Shown here: piece after piece, positions 1 through 8,404 of the stretch
How positions within the stretch are numbered: position 1 is the first letter of the stretch
Layout: the number at the start of each line of letters is the position of its first letter
Assembly (NCBI GenBank): GCA_964594475.1
Contig: CAZQMI010000003.1
Coordinates: forward strand, 1-48,468
From: an uncultured Thermoplasmatales archaeon
GTDB taxonomy: Archaea > Thermoplasmatota > E2 > DHVEG-1
Direction of reading: 5' to 3'
DNA: 48,468 nt
Notes under the pieces: generated by a model
Told to the model about the DNA's origin: nothing
What the model saw: the letters and a program-made list of their open reading frames with translations, nothing else
Databases searched by the model: none
Translations under genes and position numbers: made by a program

Positions 1-49
1 GGCCAATCGGTTAAGAGCCGATTGCTCTACCTAGCTGAGCTACAAGCCC
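1..49 (-). tRNA. tRNA-Lys (anticodon CUU), 5' two-thirds only; the rest lies beyond the window start
   Basis: Reverse complement of 1-49 reads GGGCTTG-TA-GCTC-AGCTAGGTA-GAGC-A-ATCGG-CTCTTAA-CCGAT-TGGCC. This gives the acceptor 5' arm, D stem-loop and a 5-bp anticodon stem with a 7-nt loop carrying CTT at positions 34-36. The T arm is cut by the window edge. Confidence 0.8.
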
Positions 50-95
50 AAAAAAGAAATCAAGGTTATTTCCGCAGACAATTATAACCAGGTAA

Positions 96-770
96 TTAAG
101 TGTTTTCTTTGATGAGATCTTGGACTTGTTCGTCTTCTACCTTTGAAATATATTTTGCATCAATCCCATCGGTCACACAAACATCTTCACTTGCCTGATA
201 GATTTTCACACCATCCTCTCGTGCTTGTTTCCCATCAACTCGAAGGATCATCGGTTGATCAGTTCGCACTCTTCCCGCCTCAATTGCTTTTTGTAGGGTG
301 ATGCTCAGATGCACTTTCTTACGATCAACCGGGTGAATCCCTCCTTCAACCACGATATCTGATTCTTCTTCAGTCACCGGATAAAACAATTCATCAGCAT
401 GAGTTTCAGGTAAATCATCCAAATCTACATCAATAGAATGCCCATATTTTGCCCGAATCATACCTCCATCAATTTGATATCTGCCTCGAGGATCAGTGGC
501 GACAAGGGCTCTAATATGATGTGGTCGAAGCCAGTTGAACCCAGACCTACTGGTCCCAATCGCATTAATCAACGCTGACATCTCCACCCATCCATGACCA
601 TCCATGGGAAGATGAAGTTTATCTGGGAAATGACGCAGCGCTCCGGCAATAATTCTGCTCAATGAGTTCAATTCTCGGTCATTCATTAAGAATTTTCCTT
701 TTTCTTCGCAAATCGGGCAGACTTCTCCACGATAATACCCGTGTTGCTCACATTCACATAGCATAGGCAC
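96..770 (-). CDS. kptA: RNA 2'-phosphotransferase (Tpt1/KptA family) with N-terminal 4-Cys zinc-ribbon-like extension
   Basis: 224-aa ORF. The Tpt1 core is recognisable (LSRIIAGALRHFPDKLHLPMDGHGWV, RYQIDGGMIRAKYGHS, VHLS). The N-terminus carries CxC-x10-CxxC. Confidence 0.85.
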   Translation of the reverse strand: MPMLCECEQHGYYRGEVCPICEEKGKFLMNDRELNSLSRIIAGALRHFPDKLHLPMDGHGWVEMSALINAIGTSRSGFNWLRPHHIRALVATDPRGRYQIDGGMIRAKYGHSIDVDLDDLPETHADELFYPVTEEESDIVVEGGIHPVDRKKVHLSITLQKAIEAGRVRTDQPMILRVDGKQAREDGVKIYQASEDVCVTDGIDAKYISKVEDEQVQDLIKENT

Positions 771-840
771 TCATCATCGGTAATCACCTAAATAAGTATA
801 AATTTTTGTACTATCAAGACATTCACCCCATGGTGACGAA

Positions 841-1533
841 TTGGACCAAGAGGAAATGAAAAGATTAGCAGCTGAAAAAGCAGTTGACTATGTTGAAGAT
901 GGAATGATTCTCGGCCTGGGCACCGGATCAACGGTGAAATATGCTTTGAAAAGCCTTGCAAAACGGGTTGAAGAAGGTTTATCCATTAAAGGAATACCAA
1001 CCTCACAACGAACACGAAAACTAGCAATGAAATATAATATCCCCCTTACCACCTTAAACGAATCCGGTGAAATCGATCTTACTATTGATGGAGCAGATGA
1101 AGTCGATCAACATCTCAACCTGATCAAAGGAGGTGGAGGTGCGTTGACCCGGGAGAAAATCATCGCCTTTCATTCCAAAAAAGTAATCATCATCGTTGAT
1201 GACTCAAAAGTGGTGAAATCACTAGGAATTGATTTTCCACTGCCCGTTGAAGTGGTCAAATACGAATGGGAAGCAACAAAGAAAGTATTAGAAAAATTCG
1301 ATTGTGAAGTCACATTTCGTACCATCATGGATGATCCCTACATCACAGACAATGGCAACTATATTCTTGATTGTGAATTCGATCGCATACAGGATCCAGA
1401 GCAAATGGAGATTGACATCAATATGATCCCGGGAGTAGTTGAAAATGGTTTATTCATTGGACTTGCTCATCAAGTCATCGTTGGTGGAAAACAGGGAATT
1501 ATGACCCTTGAAAAGGAAGTTGTTCCCTCATAA
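841..1533 (+). CDS. rpiA: Ribose-5-phosphate isomerase A
   Basis: 230-aa ORF with GLGTGST, DGADEVD and KGGGGALTREK motifs typical of RpiA. Position 841 is a TTG preceded by GGTGA. An in-frame ATG at 856 is an alternative start. Confidence 0.9.
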   Translation: MDQEEMKRLAAEKAVDYVEDGMILGLGTGSTVKYALKSLAKRVEEGLSIKGIPTSQRTRKLAMKYNIPLTTLNESGEIDLTIDGADEVDQHLNLIKGGGGALTREKIIAFHSKKVIIIVDDSKVVKSLGIDFPLPVEVVKYEWEATKKVLEKFDCEVTFRTIMDDPYITDNGNYILDCEFDRIQDPEQMEIDINMIPGVVENGLFIGLAHQVIVGGKQGIMTLEKEVVPS

Positions 1534-1536
1534 GGG

Positions 1537-2193
1537 ATGTCGATGCTGCACACGCTTCGCACACGAGTCCATCAGCGTGATTTATCACATCAATGGTGCC
1601 GCCGCCTTATTCATTACACCGGCGCACTCCTCATTTTGTATTTTATAATTCCCAATACGGGTATACTTCTACAGCTGAAACTTTTCCTTCCTCCACTCAT
1701 TATAAGCATTGTTATATGTGCTGATATTCTTCGAATTAAACGGAATCTTTCCTTTCCACCAGATGATCTCTTCCGAGGTTATGAACAAAACAGACTAGGA
1801 AGTTATGTCTATTTCGGATTGGGAGCGGTAATATTATTTTTCTTTTTCCCCGCGCAAATCGCGATTCCCTGTATTCTTTGCACCAGTATTACCGACCCAG
1901 TTATGGGAGAACTCAAACGAAAGGTTGACTGTAGATCCACTATCATTGGTGGACTATTGATCAGTGCTTTCTTTTTTATTTTCGTCTGGATCGATCTTTC
2001 CTTTGTCATTCTCATTTTTTTGACCTTAGTTGGATCTGCAACCGTTGTTTTTTCAGAATATATCTCTGGATACTGGATCGATGATGATTTACTCATGCAA
2101 ATCCTCCCAGCTAGTATTATTTATATCATATCAATAATGCTATCCATTGACGCCTTACTTTCACCGGTATCAATGATTAACTACCTGATCTAA
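1537..2193 (+). CDS. Polytopic membrane protein, possibly CTP-dependent dolichol/polyprenol kinase-like (weak)
   Basis: 218-aa ORF starting 3 nt after the rpiA stop, with about 6 hydrophobic helices. A DPVMGELKRK segment resembles the D-x3-G motif of the dolichol/phytol kinase family. The function is not secure. Confidence 0.55.
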   Translation: MSMLHTLRTRVHQRDLSHQWCRRLIHYTGALLILYFIIPNTGILLQLKLFLPPLIISIVICADILRIKRNLSFPPDDLFRGYEQNRLGSYVYFGLGAVILFFFFPAQIAIPCILCTSITDPVMGELKRKVDCRSTIIGGLLISAFFFIFVWIDLSFVILIFLTLVGSATVVFSEYISGYWIDDDLLMQILPASIIYIISIMLSIDALLSPVSMINYLI

Positions 2194-2203
2194 AAAAATG
2201 GCT

Positions 2204-4450
2204 TCATTTTACGATTTTCAATCCATAAAACACGGGAAGAAGCAAGGCAGCAGCAACACAGGAAAACGCGGTCATCAAAATGATTACGAGTGCAAATTCC
2301 TGTAATGCGGTAATAGTAGTTAACAGAATGGATGAAATCCCAGCAATAGTGGTTAGTGCTGCTTCGATCAAGGAAAGCCCAGTTCGTTCTATGGCTACTT
2401 TAATGGCAGCGATTTTGTCTAGTCCCCGTTCCATTTCCTCCTGCACCCGATGAGTAATATGCACCCCATAATCGATACCAATACCAATCATAATAGAGGC
2501 GATAGAAATGGTAATCACATTCAATGGAATGTCAAAGGCGACCAGAAACCCTGGTTCCCACATCAACACAAAACCAACAGGAATCATAGTCAAAAACCCA
2601 AGTAACGATGATTTAAAGATCAAAATCAAAGCAGCAAGAACCAATAGGATTGCCACAATCATAGATCGTGTTTGTTCATCAGCAAGTTTCTTGTTAATAG
2701 CAACGTTGATTGCGTCTTGACCGGTAAGTTGAGAGATATGCCCACCATGTGGAATCTCGGCATTGGCTGCGATTCTATTTACTGTTCTCACTTTTTGTTC
2801 AATCTCATTCATACTAAGTCCAGTGGGAATGTAGACGAGAATGATGGTTTTTGAGAAATCCTCATCCACATAACCGGTTTGTGCGATGCTATCAAAAATA
2901 ACCTCATCCACACCAGCAAACTCACTTAAACTTTCCACGATATCATTTCTTTTTAGGATATCATTGACCTTTTTGACTTCATCAGCAACTGAGAAAAGAT
3001 CGATTCCTTCATCTCGCATTTCCAATTGCATGTTATAGATTGCTTCAATCGTCTCCGGATAGGTTAATCCTTGAGGTTCAGTTTCAATCATCAATGCATT
3101 GAAATTTGCTCCGCCGAAATTCTTAGAGTACTCAATCAGTTTTTCCAACTCTGGAACATCCTGAGGTGCTAGATCAAAATAATTGGTGTTGGTCTCCGTT
3201 TGTGGCAAAACCAATAGTGACATCATTGCAAAAAACACGGCAATGACAATGATTCTTTTCTTATTGTTTAACACAAATTTTGCAAGTGTGGCCAGATTTG
3301 CAATTTTTCCTTCTTTTTTGAATTTCAATAGAATTGAAAGTGACGGGGTGAGGAAGATGGTTGAAATAAACACGAAAAGAATTCCCAGTGCACAGCCAAA
3401 ACCAAAGGTAACCACGGGATACATACTTGAAATCATTAATGATGCAAACCCAATCATGGTGGTCACTGTGGACAACAAAATCGCCTTCCCAGTGGTTCGT
3501 AGAATCTTTTCAGTTCGTGAGATCATATCCAATTTATCTTGTTCTTCGGCAAATCGATTCATCACATGAACTGAATAATCAACACCTAATCCCAGCAATA
3601 AGGCAACAATCGAAATAGAAAGCAGAGTCAGCTCTGGTTGAATGGTTCCCAGTACCCCAAATGTGAGTGCAATGGAATAAGCAGTTGGGAGTAGTGCGAT
3701 CACTATGCCTTTCACGGTTCGATGAAACAAGAACAGGACCAAGGAAACCAATCCAATAGCGATGACAAAGATGATCTGGAAATACTGCATATAGTTCTGC
3801 TGAATCGCGTTTTGCATGGCAGTAGTTCCGGTAACCGTCATCTCGGTGTAGAAGGTACCTCGATGATCAATGGCACTTTGCACTCGTTGCTGTATATCAT
3901 TGTAATCAGCGTTTTCCGCAAGTTGCAGAAGAATGACAGCTACATCATAGGTATTGGTATACAATGTTCCCTTTACTGATTGAATCGCATACCTGGACAT
4001 GTAATCATATACGGTGGATACATCATCAGGGATCTCAAAGATACCGGCACCAAAAATATTCTCAGGACCAAGTTCAGATTTTGCATGTTCAAGCTTGATT
4101 AATTCAGAAACGCTTTGTACTGCAAAAATACCATCATGTATTCCTTTATCACTTTGAAATTTATTGACCAAGGAACTGGAGCTCACCCGGTCCATTTCCT
4201 TTAATACTTCCGGGTCTCGGATGTCATCGGCTTCCACATAAATAATGATCACTGACCCAATCTGGAACTCCTCATCGATTTTCTCCCATAGCATCACCGT
4301 TTCATCTTCAGGGGGAAGAAACGTGGATAGATCTGATTCCATGTACACATTGGTTGCTTGACTGGCAAGTAGTATCGTTATCAATGTGTAGACCACCAGT
4401 ACCGTTCGCGGTCGCTCTACCAGTAACTTAGCAAGAGGTCTCATGTTCAT
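2204..4450 (-). CDS. MMPL/RND-superfamily exporter (COG1033-like)
   Basis: 748-aa ORF with a duplicated 6-TM plus large extracytoplasmic loop architecture. It has paired GLGVDYSVHVMNRFAEE and GIGIDYGVHITHRVQEE motifs. Confidence 0.85.
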   Translation of the reverse strand: MNMRPLAKLLVERPRTVLVVYTLITILLASQATNVYMESDLSTFLPPEDETVMLWEKIDEEFQIGSVIIIYVEADDIRDPEVLKEMDRVSSSSLVNKFQSDKGIHDGIFAVQSVSELIKLEHAKSELGPENIFGAGIFEIPDDVSTVYDYMSRYAIQSVKGTLYTNTYDVAVILLQLAENADYNDIQQRVQSAIDHRGTFYTEMTVTGTTAMQNAIQQNYMQYFQIIFVIAIGLVSLVLFLFHRTVKGIVIALLPTAYSIALTFGVLGTIQPELTLLSISIVALLLGLGVDYSVHVMNRFAEEQDKLDMISRTEKILRTTGKAILLSTVTTMIGFASLMISSMYPVVTFGFGCALGILFVFISTIFLTPSLSILLKFKKEGKIANLATLAKFVLNNKKRIIVIAVFFAMMSLLVLPQTETNTNYFDLAPQDVPELEKLIEYSKNFGGANFNALMIETEPQGLTYPETIEAIYNMQLEMRDEGIDLFSVADEVKKVNDILKRNDIVESLSEFAGVDEVIFDSIAQTGYVDEDFSKTIILVYIPTGLSMNEIEQKVRTVNRIAANAEIPHGGHISQLTGQDAINVAINKKLADEQTRSMIVAILLVLAALILIFKSSLLGFLTMIPVGFVLMWEPGFLVAFDIPLNVITISIASIMIGIGIDYGVHITHRVQEEMERGLDKIAAIKVAIERTGLSLIEAALTTIAGISSILLTTITALQEFALVIILMTAFSCVAAALLLPVFYGLKIVK

Positions 4451-4848
4451 GATGATTCCTCTTGATCATTGATGTTTATGGTGACCGGTCGGAACGAGGA
4501 ATCCCGGGTTGATGTTGCAATCAAGGCCAGGTTGTTTAGACGTTCCTCGATGTCGGCAGCGTATCGTTTCAACAGTTTCAATGGTGGTAGTGGAGAATAG
4601 ATAAATGGGTTTTTTCCAATGCTATCATTTTTTAATTTTTTACGCAGAATAATTCGGTCTGCATACATTTTCACAAGGGTCTCTCTCACCGTGCTGGGAT
4701 GAAGATGAGTTCCTTTAATAATGTCTTCTGTTTTTGCGGTTTTTTTTCGTAAAAGAAACAAATAAATACGTGATTGGGCTCTGGATTTAAGAATATCCCG
4801 AATTGCAGATTCCAGTTTTTTGTCCTGTCGAGCGCTGTGTTTTCCCAT
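4447..4848 (-). CDS. Small winged-helix transcriptional regulator (TrmB/MarR-like), coupled to the MMPL exporter
   Basis: wHTH-like segment SRIYLFLLRKKTAKTEDIIKGTHLHPSTVRETLVKM. Its stop overlaps the exporter start as ATGA (4447-4450). The ATG at 4848 is preferred over the TTG at 4854, and GGTG lies upstream. Confidence 0.7.
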   Translation of the reverse strand: MGKHSARQDKKLESAIRDILKSRAQSRIYLFLLRKKTAKTEDIIKGTHLHPSTVRETLVKMYADRIILRKKLKNDSIGKNPFIYSPLPPLKLLKRYAADIEERLNNLALIATSTRDSSFRPVTININDQEESS

Positions 4849-5216
4849 TCCCAAAACACCATTTTTATATATTTGATTTAATATAAGTTGTGACTTTGTG
4901 GCTTTAAATACTTTTCTATTTTGTCGGGCCTAAAACGACAATATTTTTTGATTTTTCATCAACCAGTAAAAACCTATATCCAACAGAAGGAAATAATGGA
5001 AAAAGAAGATCATTATGTCGCCTCCTATCCGACAAAACAAAACCAAGAAAAAAAACCACGAATATACCAAATATTATCGGGAAGAAAACGATAAAATAAC
5101 AGGTGAATAAAAAAAGAAAAAGGAGTTATGTTTTCATCACGGAGGAAAAACAAAACAAATTGAAAAGTATTTAATCCAAATATACGATATGCATGGTCAA
5201 CTAGTGACGTTGCAGC

Positions 5217-5831
5217 ATGGCGGTAAAAGAAAAATTTGAGGAATGGAAACGTTATTATGAGATATCCGATGTCGGTCAAATCTCACGGCGCTATTTTGTG
5301 ATGAACGCATTTGACGGTGCATTGACCATGCTAGGAGTTGTTATTGGTGCTTATGTTGCAGAAATCCTTTTACCCATTACCATAATCACAGCAGCACTCT
5401 CCGGATCAATTGCTATGGGCATATCTGGTATCAGTGGTGCCTATATGACCGAAAAAGCAGAGCGAACCAAGGAACTCAAAGAACTAGAACGAGCAATGGT
5501 AACCGATTTGAAAGATGGCATCCATTATAAATCATCACAATTTGCAACTATCTTTGCTGCGCTTGTAGATGGAATCTCACCTGCCCTTGCCGCTCTCTTT
5601 GTGGTCTCACCCTTCTTTTTTGCCTTTGCAGATATGATCAGTGTTCAAATCGCCTTTTTTTCTTGCATCGGTTTTACCCTTGTGCTTCTAACCATCCTTG
5701 GTATATATCTTGCAAAAATCAGTGATGAAAGCATGGTAAGATATGGCATTCAAATGCTTGTAGTGGGTATGGTTACTGCATTTCTCTGCGTGGTCACTTC
5801 CCTTCTTTTGGGCGGAAGTGTAGTTGTGTAA
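5217..5831 (+). CDS. VIT1/CCC1-family (DUF125) Fe/Mn transporter-like membrane protein
   Basis: 204-aa ORF with RRYFVMNAFDGALTMLGVVIG near the N-terminus, followed by 4-5 TM helices. This arrangement is typical of the VIT family. Confidence 0.7.
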   Translation: MAVKEKFEEWKRYYEISDVGQISRRYFVMNAFDGALTMLGVVIGAYVAEILLPITIITAALSGSIAMGISGISGAYMTEKAERTKELKELERAMVTDLKDGIHYKSSQFATIFAALVDGISPALAALFVVSPFFFAFADMISVQIAFFSCIGFTLVLLTILGIYLAKISDESMVRYGIQMLVVGMVTAFLCVVTSLLLGGSVVV

Positions 5832-5897
5832 TCTTATTTTTTTAAGCGTTAAAAAAACAAAAAAGCAATAATCAATGATTTCTTTCAGTTTTTGCAT

Positions 5898-6134
5898 ATG
5901 ACAGAATCACTTGATGAGAAAACCCGTATTGAAAAAGATATCAAGATGTTTGAGGAAAACATTTCAATACTACAAAAGGGAAAAACCGGTCTTACGAACG
6001 ATCCTCGGGTTGCCATGGCAACTGATTATTATCATGATTCCCAGTATTATTTAGAAAAAAACGATCTATTTACCGCATTCGGCTGCATCAACTATGGTCA
6101 TGGATTGCTTGATGCTCTCCTTAAGTTTGACTGA
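5898..6134 (+). CDS. DUF357-family small archaeal protein
   Basis: About 78 aa. The C-terminal pattern YYHDSQYYLEKNDLFTAFGCINYGHGLLDAL matches my recollection of DUF357. The ATG at 5898 is preferred over the TTG at 5892. Confidence 0.55.
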   Translation: MTESLDEKTRIEKDIKMFEENISILQKGKTGLTNDPRVAMATDYYHDSQYYLEKNDLFTAFGCINYGHGLLDALLKFD

Positions 6135-6183
6135 TATGAATATAAAAAAACGTTTTATAGTGAAAACCACAATTTGGCTAGAG

Positions 6184-7011
6184 TCATAAATTATCAGATA
6201 ATTGCTTAGGTCTCTGTGTTGATTTCAGTTGGATCATATCATCCGATGAAACATTAAGAGTTGCGGCTGCATTCCCCTGATTCATACTAATCTCCAGAAA
6301 TCCACTACTTCCCACAAGAGCGACAAGTTCATTTTTATTCACCCGATCATATGATTTATGAAATGGTATGCTTAATTGCTGGTCCTTTATTTGCACTAAT
6401 AAGGTCTCAGAAGGCTGGGTGAATCGCTCTATTTGCATCGAAGAAATATTGGTAATAATATTTCCAAAATGATCAATGAATAAAACACTTCCAATGATGA
6501 AATCATCTAACACCGAGGGTTTTTGAAATGGGATATCAACTAATTCGTTTACATCAAGACGAGGGCCAATTTGATTGAATGGCAGACCATTGAGGATATG
6601 AGCAGCGACCGGTGCAAAGATATCTCTTCCGTGAAAGGTGTTTGAAACCGGATGGTTCAACAATGCTTGATTCGTAATTTTATAGGCAGCGATATCACCG
6701 AACAAGCGGGCAGCGGGAAGTAGTAATCCATTATCTGGTCCAACAAAAACATGACGGCGGGTGGCAAGTACAATCGATTTTCGTTCAGATCCAACACCTG
6801 GGTCAACCACACCGACATGTACCGTTCCTCTAGGGAAATAGGGTATAGCTGAACGAAGAAGAAATGCACCCTCTCTGATATTATGAGCTGAAATACTATG
6901 AGTGATATCAATGCAAGATACCTGTGGGCAGAGAGAATAGATCACTCCCTTCATCTGAGCCTGATATGCACTGGTTTCACCAAAATCCGTCAACAAGGTA
7001 ATCAATTTCAT
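6184..7011 (-). CDS. S-adenosyl-L-methionine hydrolase (adenosine-forming), DUF62/SAM hydroxide adenosyltransferase family
   Basis: MKLITLLTDFGETSAYQAQMKGVI and GVVDPGVGSERK motifs. The conserved N-terminus begins at the internal ATG at 7011, so the 19 upstream codons in the ORF track are probably not translated. Confidence 0.85.
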   Translation of the reverse strand: MKLITLLTDFGETSAYQAQMKGVIYSLCPQVSCIDITHSISAHNIREGAFLLRSAIPYFPRGTVHVGVVDPGVGSERKSIVLATRRHVFVGPDNGLLLPAARLFGDIAAYKITNQALLNHPVSNTFHGRDIFAPVAAHILNGLPFNQIGPRLDVNELVDIPFQKPSVLDDFIIGSVLFIDHFGNIITNISSMQIERFTQPSETLLVQIKDQQLSIPFHKSYDRVNKNELVALVGSSGFLEISMNQGNAAATLNVSSDDMIQLKSTQRPKQLSDNL

Positions 7012-7192
7012 TCCGAATCCCTTAGAGTTTTTGAAATAGAAGTCAGTCATATTAATGTGACGATTCACTAATGGTTTTGTTGAGAACGAAAAAACACTAG
7101 GGTTCTTTGTAATAATTCAGAAAAAACCGAAAACAGGGCAGCAAATGTGAAATAATATTTATATATAGTTATGATTAAAATTATGGTTAACT

Positions 7193-8383
7193 ATGTTTTC
7201 CATTAAGAAAAATGCTGATACAACCCACACATATGCCTTTGAAACAAATCAGGACATCGATCTTTCAGAAAATATTTCACAGGTGACCACCAATACAGAT
7301 TTTAAAACATTTTATCAGCTTGCAACCACCATTTATCACGATGATCCCTACTGGGTCCAACCGTTTTGGAATGAATACAAAGCATTTTTCAATAAAAACA
7401 ATCCCTTCTGGACGCATGCAGAAGCAGCACTCTTCATTGCCTATAAAGAAAATAAACCAATCGGTCGAATCGCCGCATTTAAAGACCAGCTTTACAAGAC
7501 AGATCAAAACGAGCCCATCGGGTTCTTTGGTTTTTTTGAATGCATTCAAAAGTATCATTATGCAAAATCATTACTCAAGACAGCAGAACAATGGCTCTCT
7601 GCAAAGAACTGCACACTCATGCAAGGCCCAATCAATGGACGAATCGATAACGGCTGCGGATTTCTCTATCAAGGATTTAACGCATCACCAATGCTACTAT
7701 CAACCTACAATCCCTCCTATTATCACACCTTTGCAGAGCGATACCATATGGAGAAGCTAAGGGATCAATATAGCTATCATATTGATCTTACGAAACCATT
7801 ACCAAAAAAACTCCAAGAAAAAGCAAAACAGTGCGAACAATCAGGTATCACCATCAGATCATTCAACCGAATGCAGACGAATAAAGAACTCAACTGGTGG
7901 ATTGATTTCTTCCTGGAGACATTTCAGGATCACTGGGGATACATCCCCACTTCAAAAAATGAAGTCGCCTGCAGATTCGGTATCAAACAGATGAGATGGA
8001 TCGTTGACCCTGCGTTATTTCTCATTGCCGAAGCAGATGGAGAACCAGTTGCATACATCTGGGGCACACCGGATTACAATCAACTCTTTAAACAGATGAA
8101 CGGAACGTTGGGTATTTCTCAACTCATCCGTTTTGTATTGAAGAAACACCAGATCACCCAAGGCAAACTCCAGCTGATTGGCATCAAAAAGGAAACTCGA
8201 CATCAATCAGTGGGTTCCTGTTTGAATTATAAAACACTTCATGAAATGAAAAAACGAGGCTACCAGTGTGCAGAAGTCGGGTGGATTGATGAATTCAACA
8301 CAGTCGCCCATCAAACCATCGCACTCACCGGTGCAACGGTATCAAAAAAATCCCGAGTATATACCAAAACCATAGATACCTAA
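7193..8383 (+). CDS. GNAT-fold acyltransferase-like protein (about 390-aa bacterial-type family)
   Basis: 396-aa ORF. The N-terminal pattern DFKTFYQLATTIYHDDPYWVQPF...NPFWTHAEAALFIAYKENKPIGRIAAF resembles a widespread family annotated as GNAT N-acetyltransferase. Assigned from memory only. Confidence 0.45.
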   Translation: MFSIKKNADTTHTYAFETNQDIDLSENISQVTTNTDFKTFYQLATTIYHDDPYWVQPFWNEYKAFFNKNNPFWTHAEAALFIAYKENKPIGRIAAFKDQLYKTDQNEPIGFFGFFECIQKYHYAKSLLKTAEQWLSAKNCTLMQGPINGRIDNGCGFLYQGFNASPMLLSTYNPSYYHTFAERYHMEKLRDQYSYHIDLTKPLPKKLQEKAKQCEQSGITIRSFNRMQTNKELNWWIDFFLETFQDHWGYIPTSKNEVACRFGIKQMRWIVDPALFLIAEADGEPVAYIWGTPDYNQLFKQMNGTLGISQLIRFVLKKHQITQGKLQLIGIKKETRHQSVGSCLNYKTLHEMKKRGYQCAEVGWIDEFNTVAHQTIALTGATVSKKSRVYTKTIDT

Positions 8384-8404
8384 TGAAATAGAGGATATTT
8401 TAAG

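Noticed and set aside
5025-5279. 84-aa minus-strand ORF spanning the A-rich spacer and the VIT1 start
   Set aside because: It is the translation of a poly-T/F-rich complement of an A-rich spacer. It overlaps the VIT1 start and has no start signals.
7320-7760. 146-aa alternative-frame ORF within the GNAT-like gene, plus similar internal ORFs at 8562-8945, 9247-9579 and 9543-9842
   Set aside because: They overlap longer ORFs that have recognisable domain patterns, and their composition is skewed (S/T/H/P-rich), as expected for off-frame translation.
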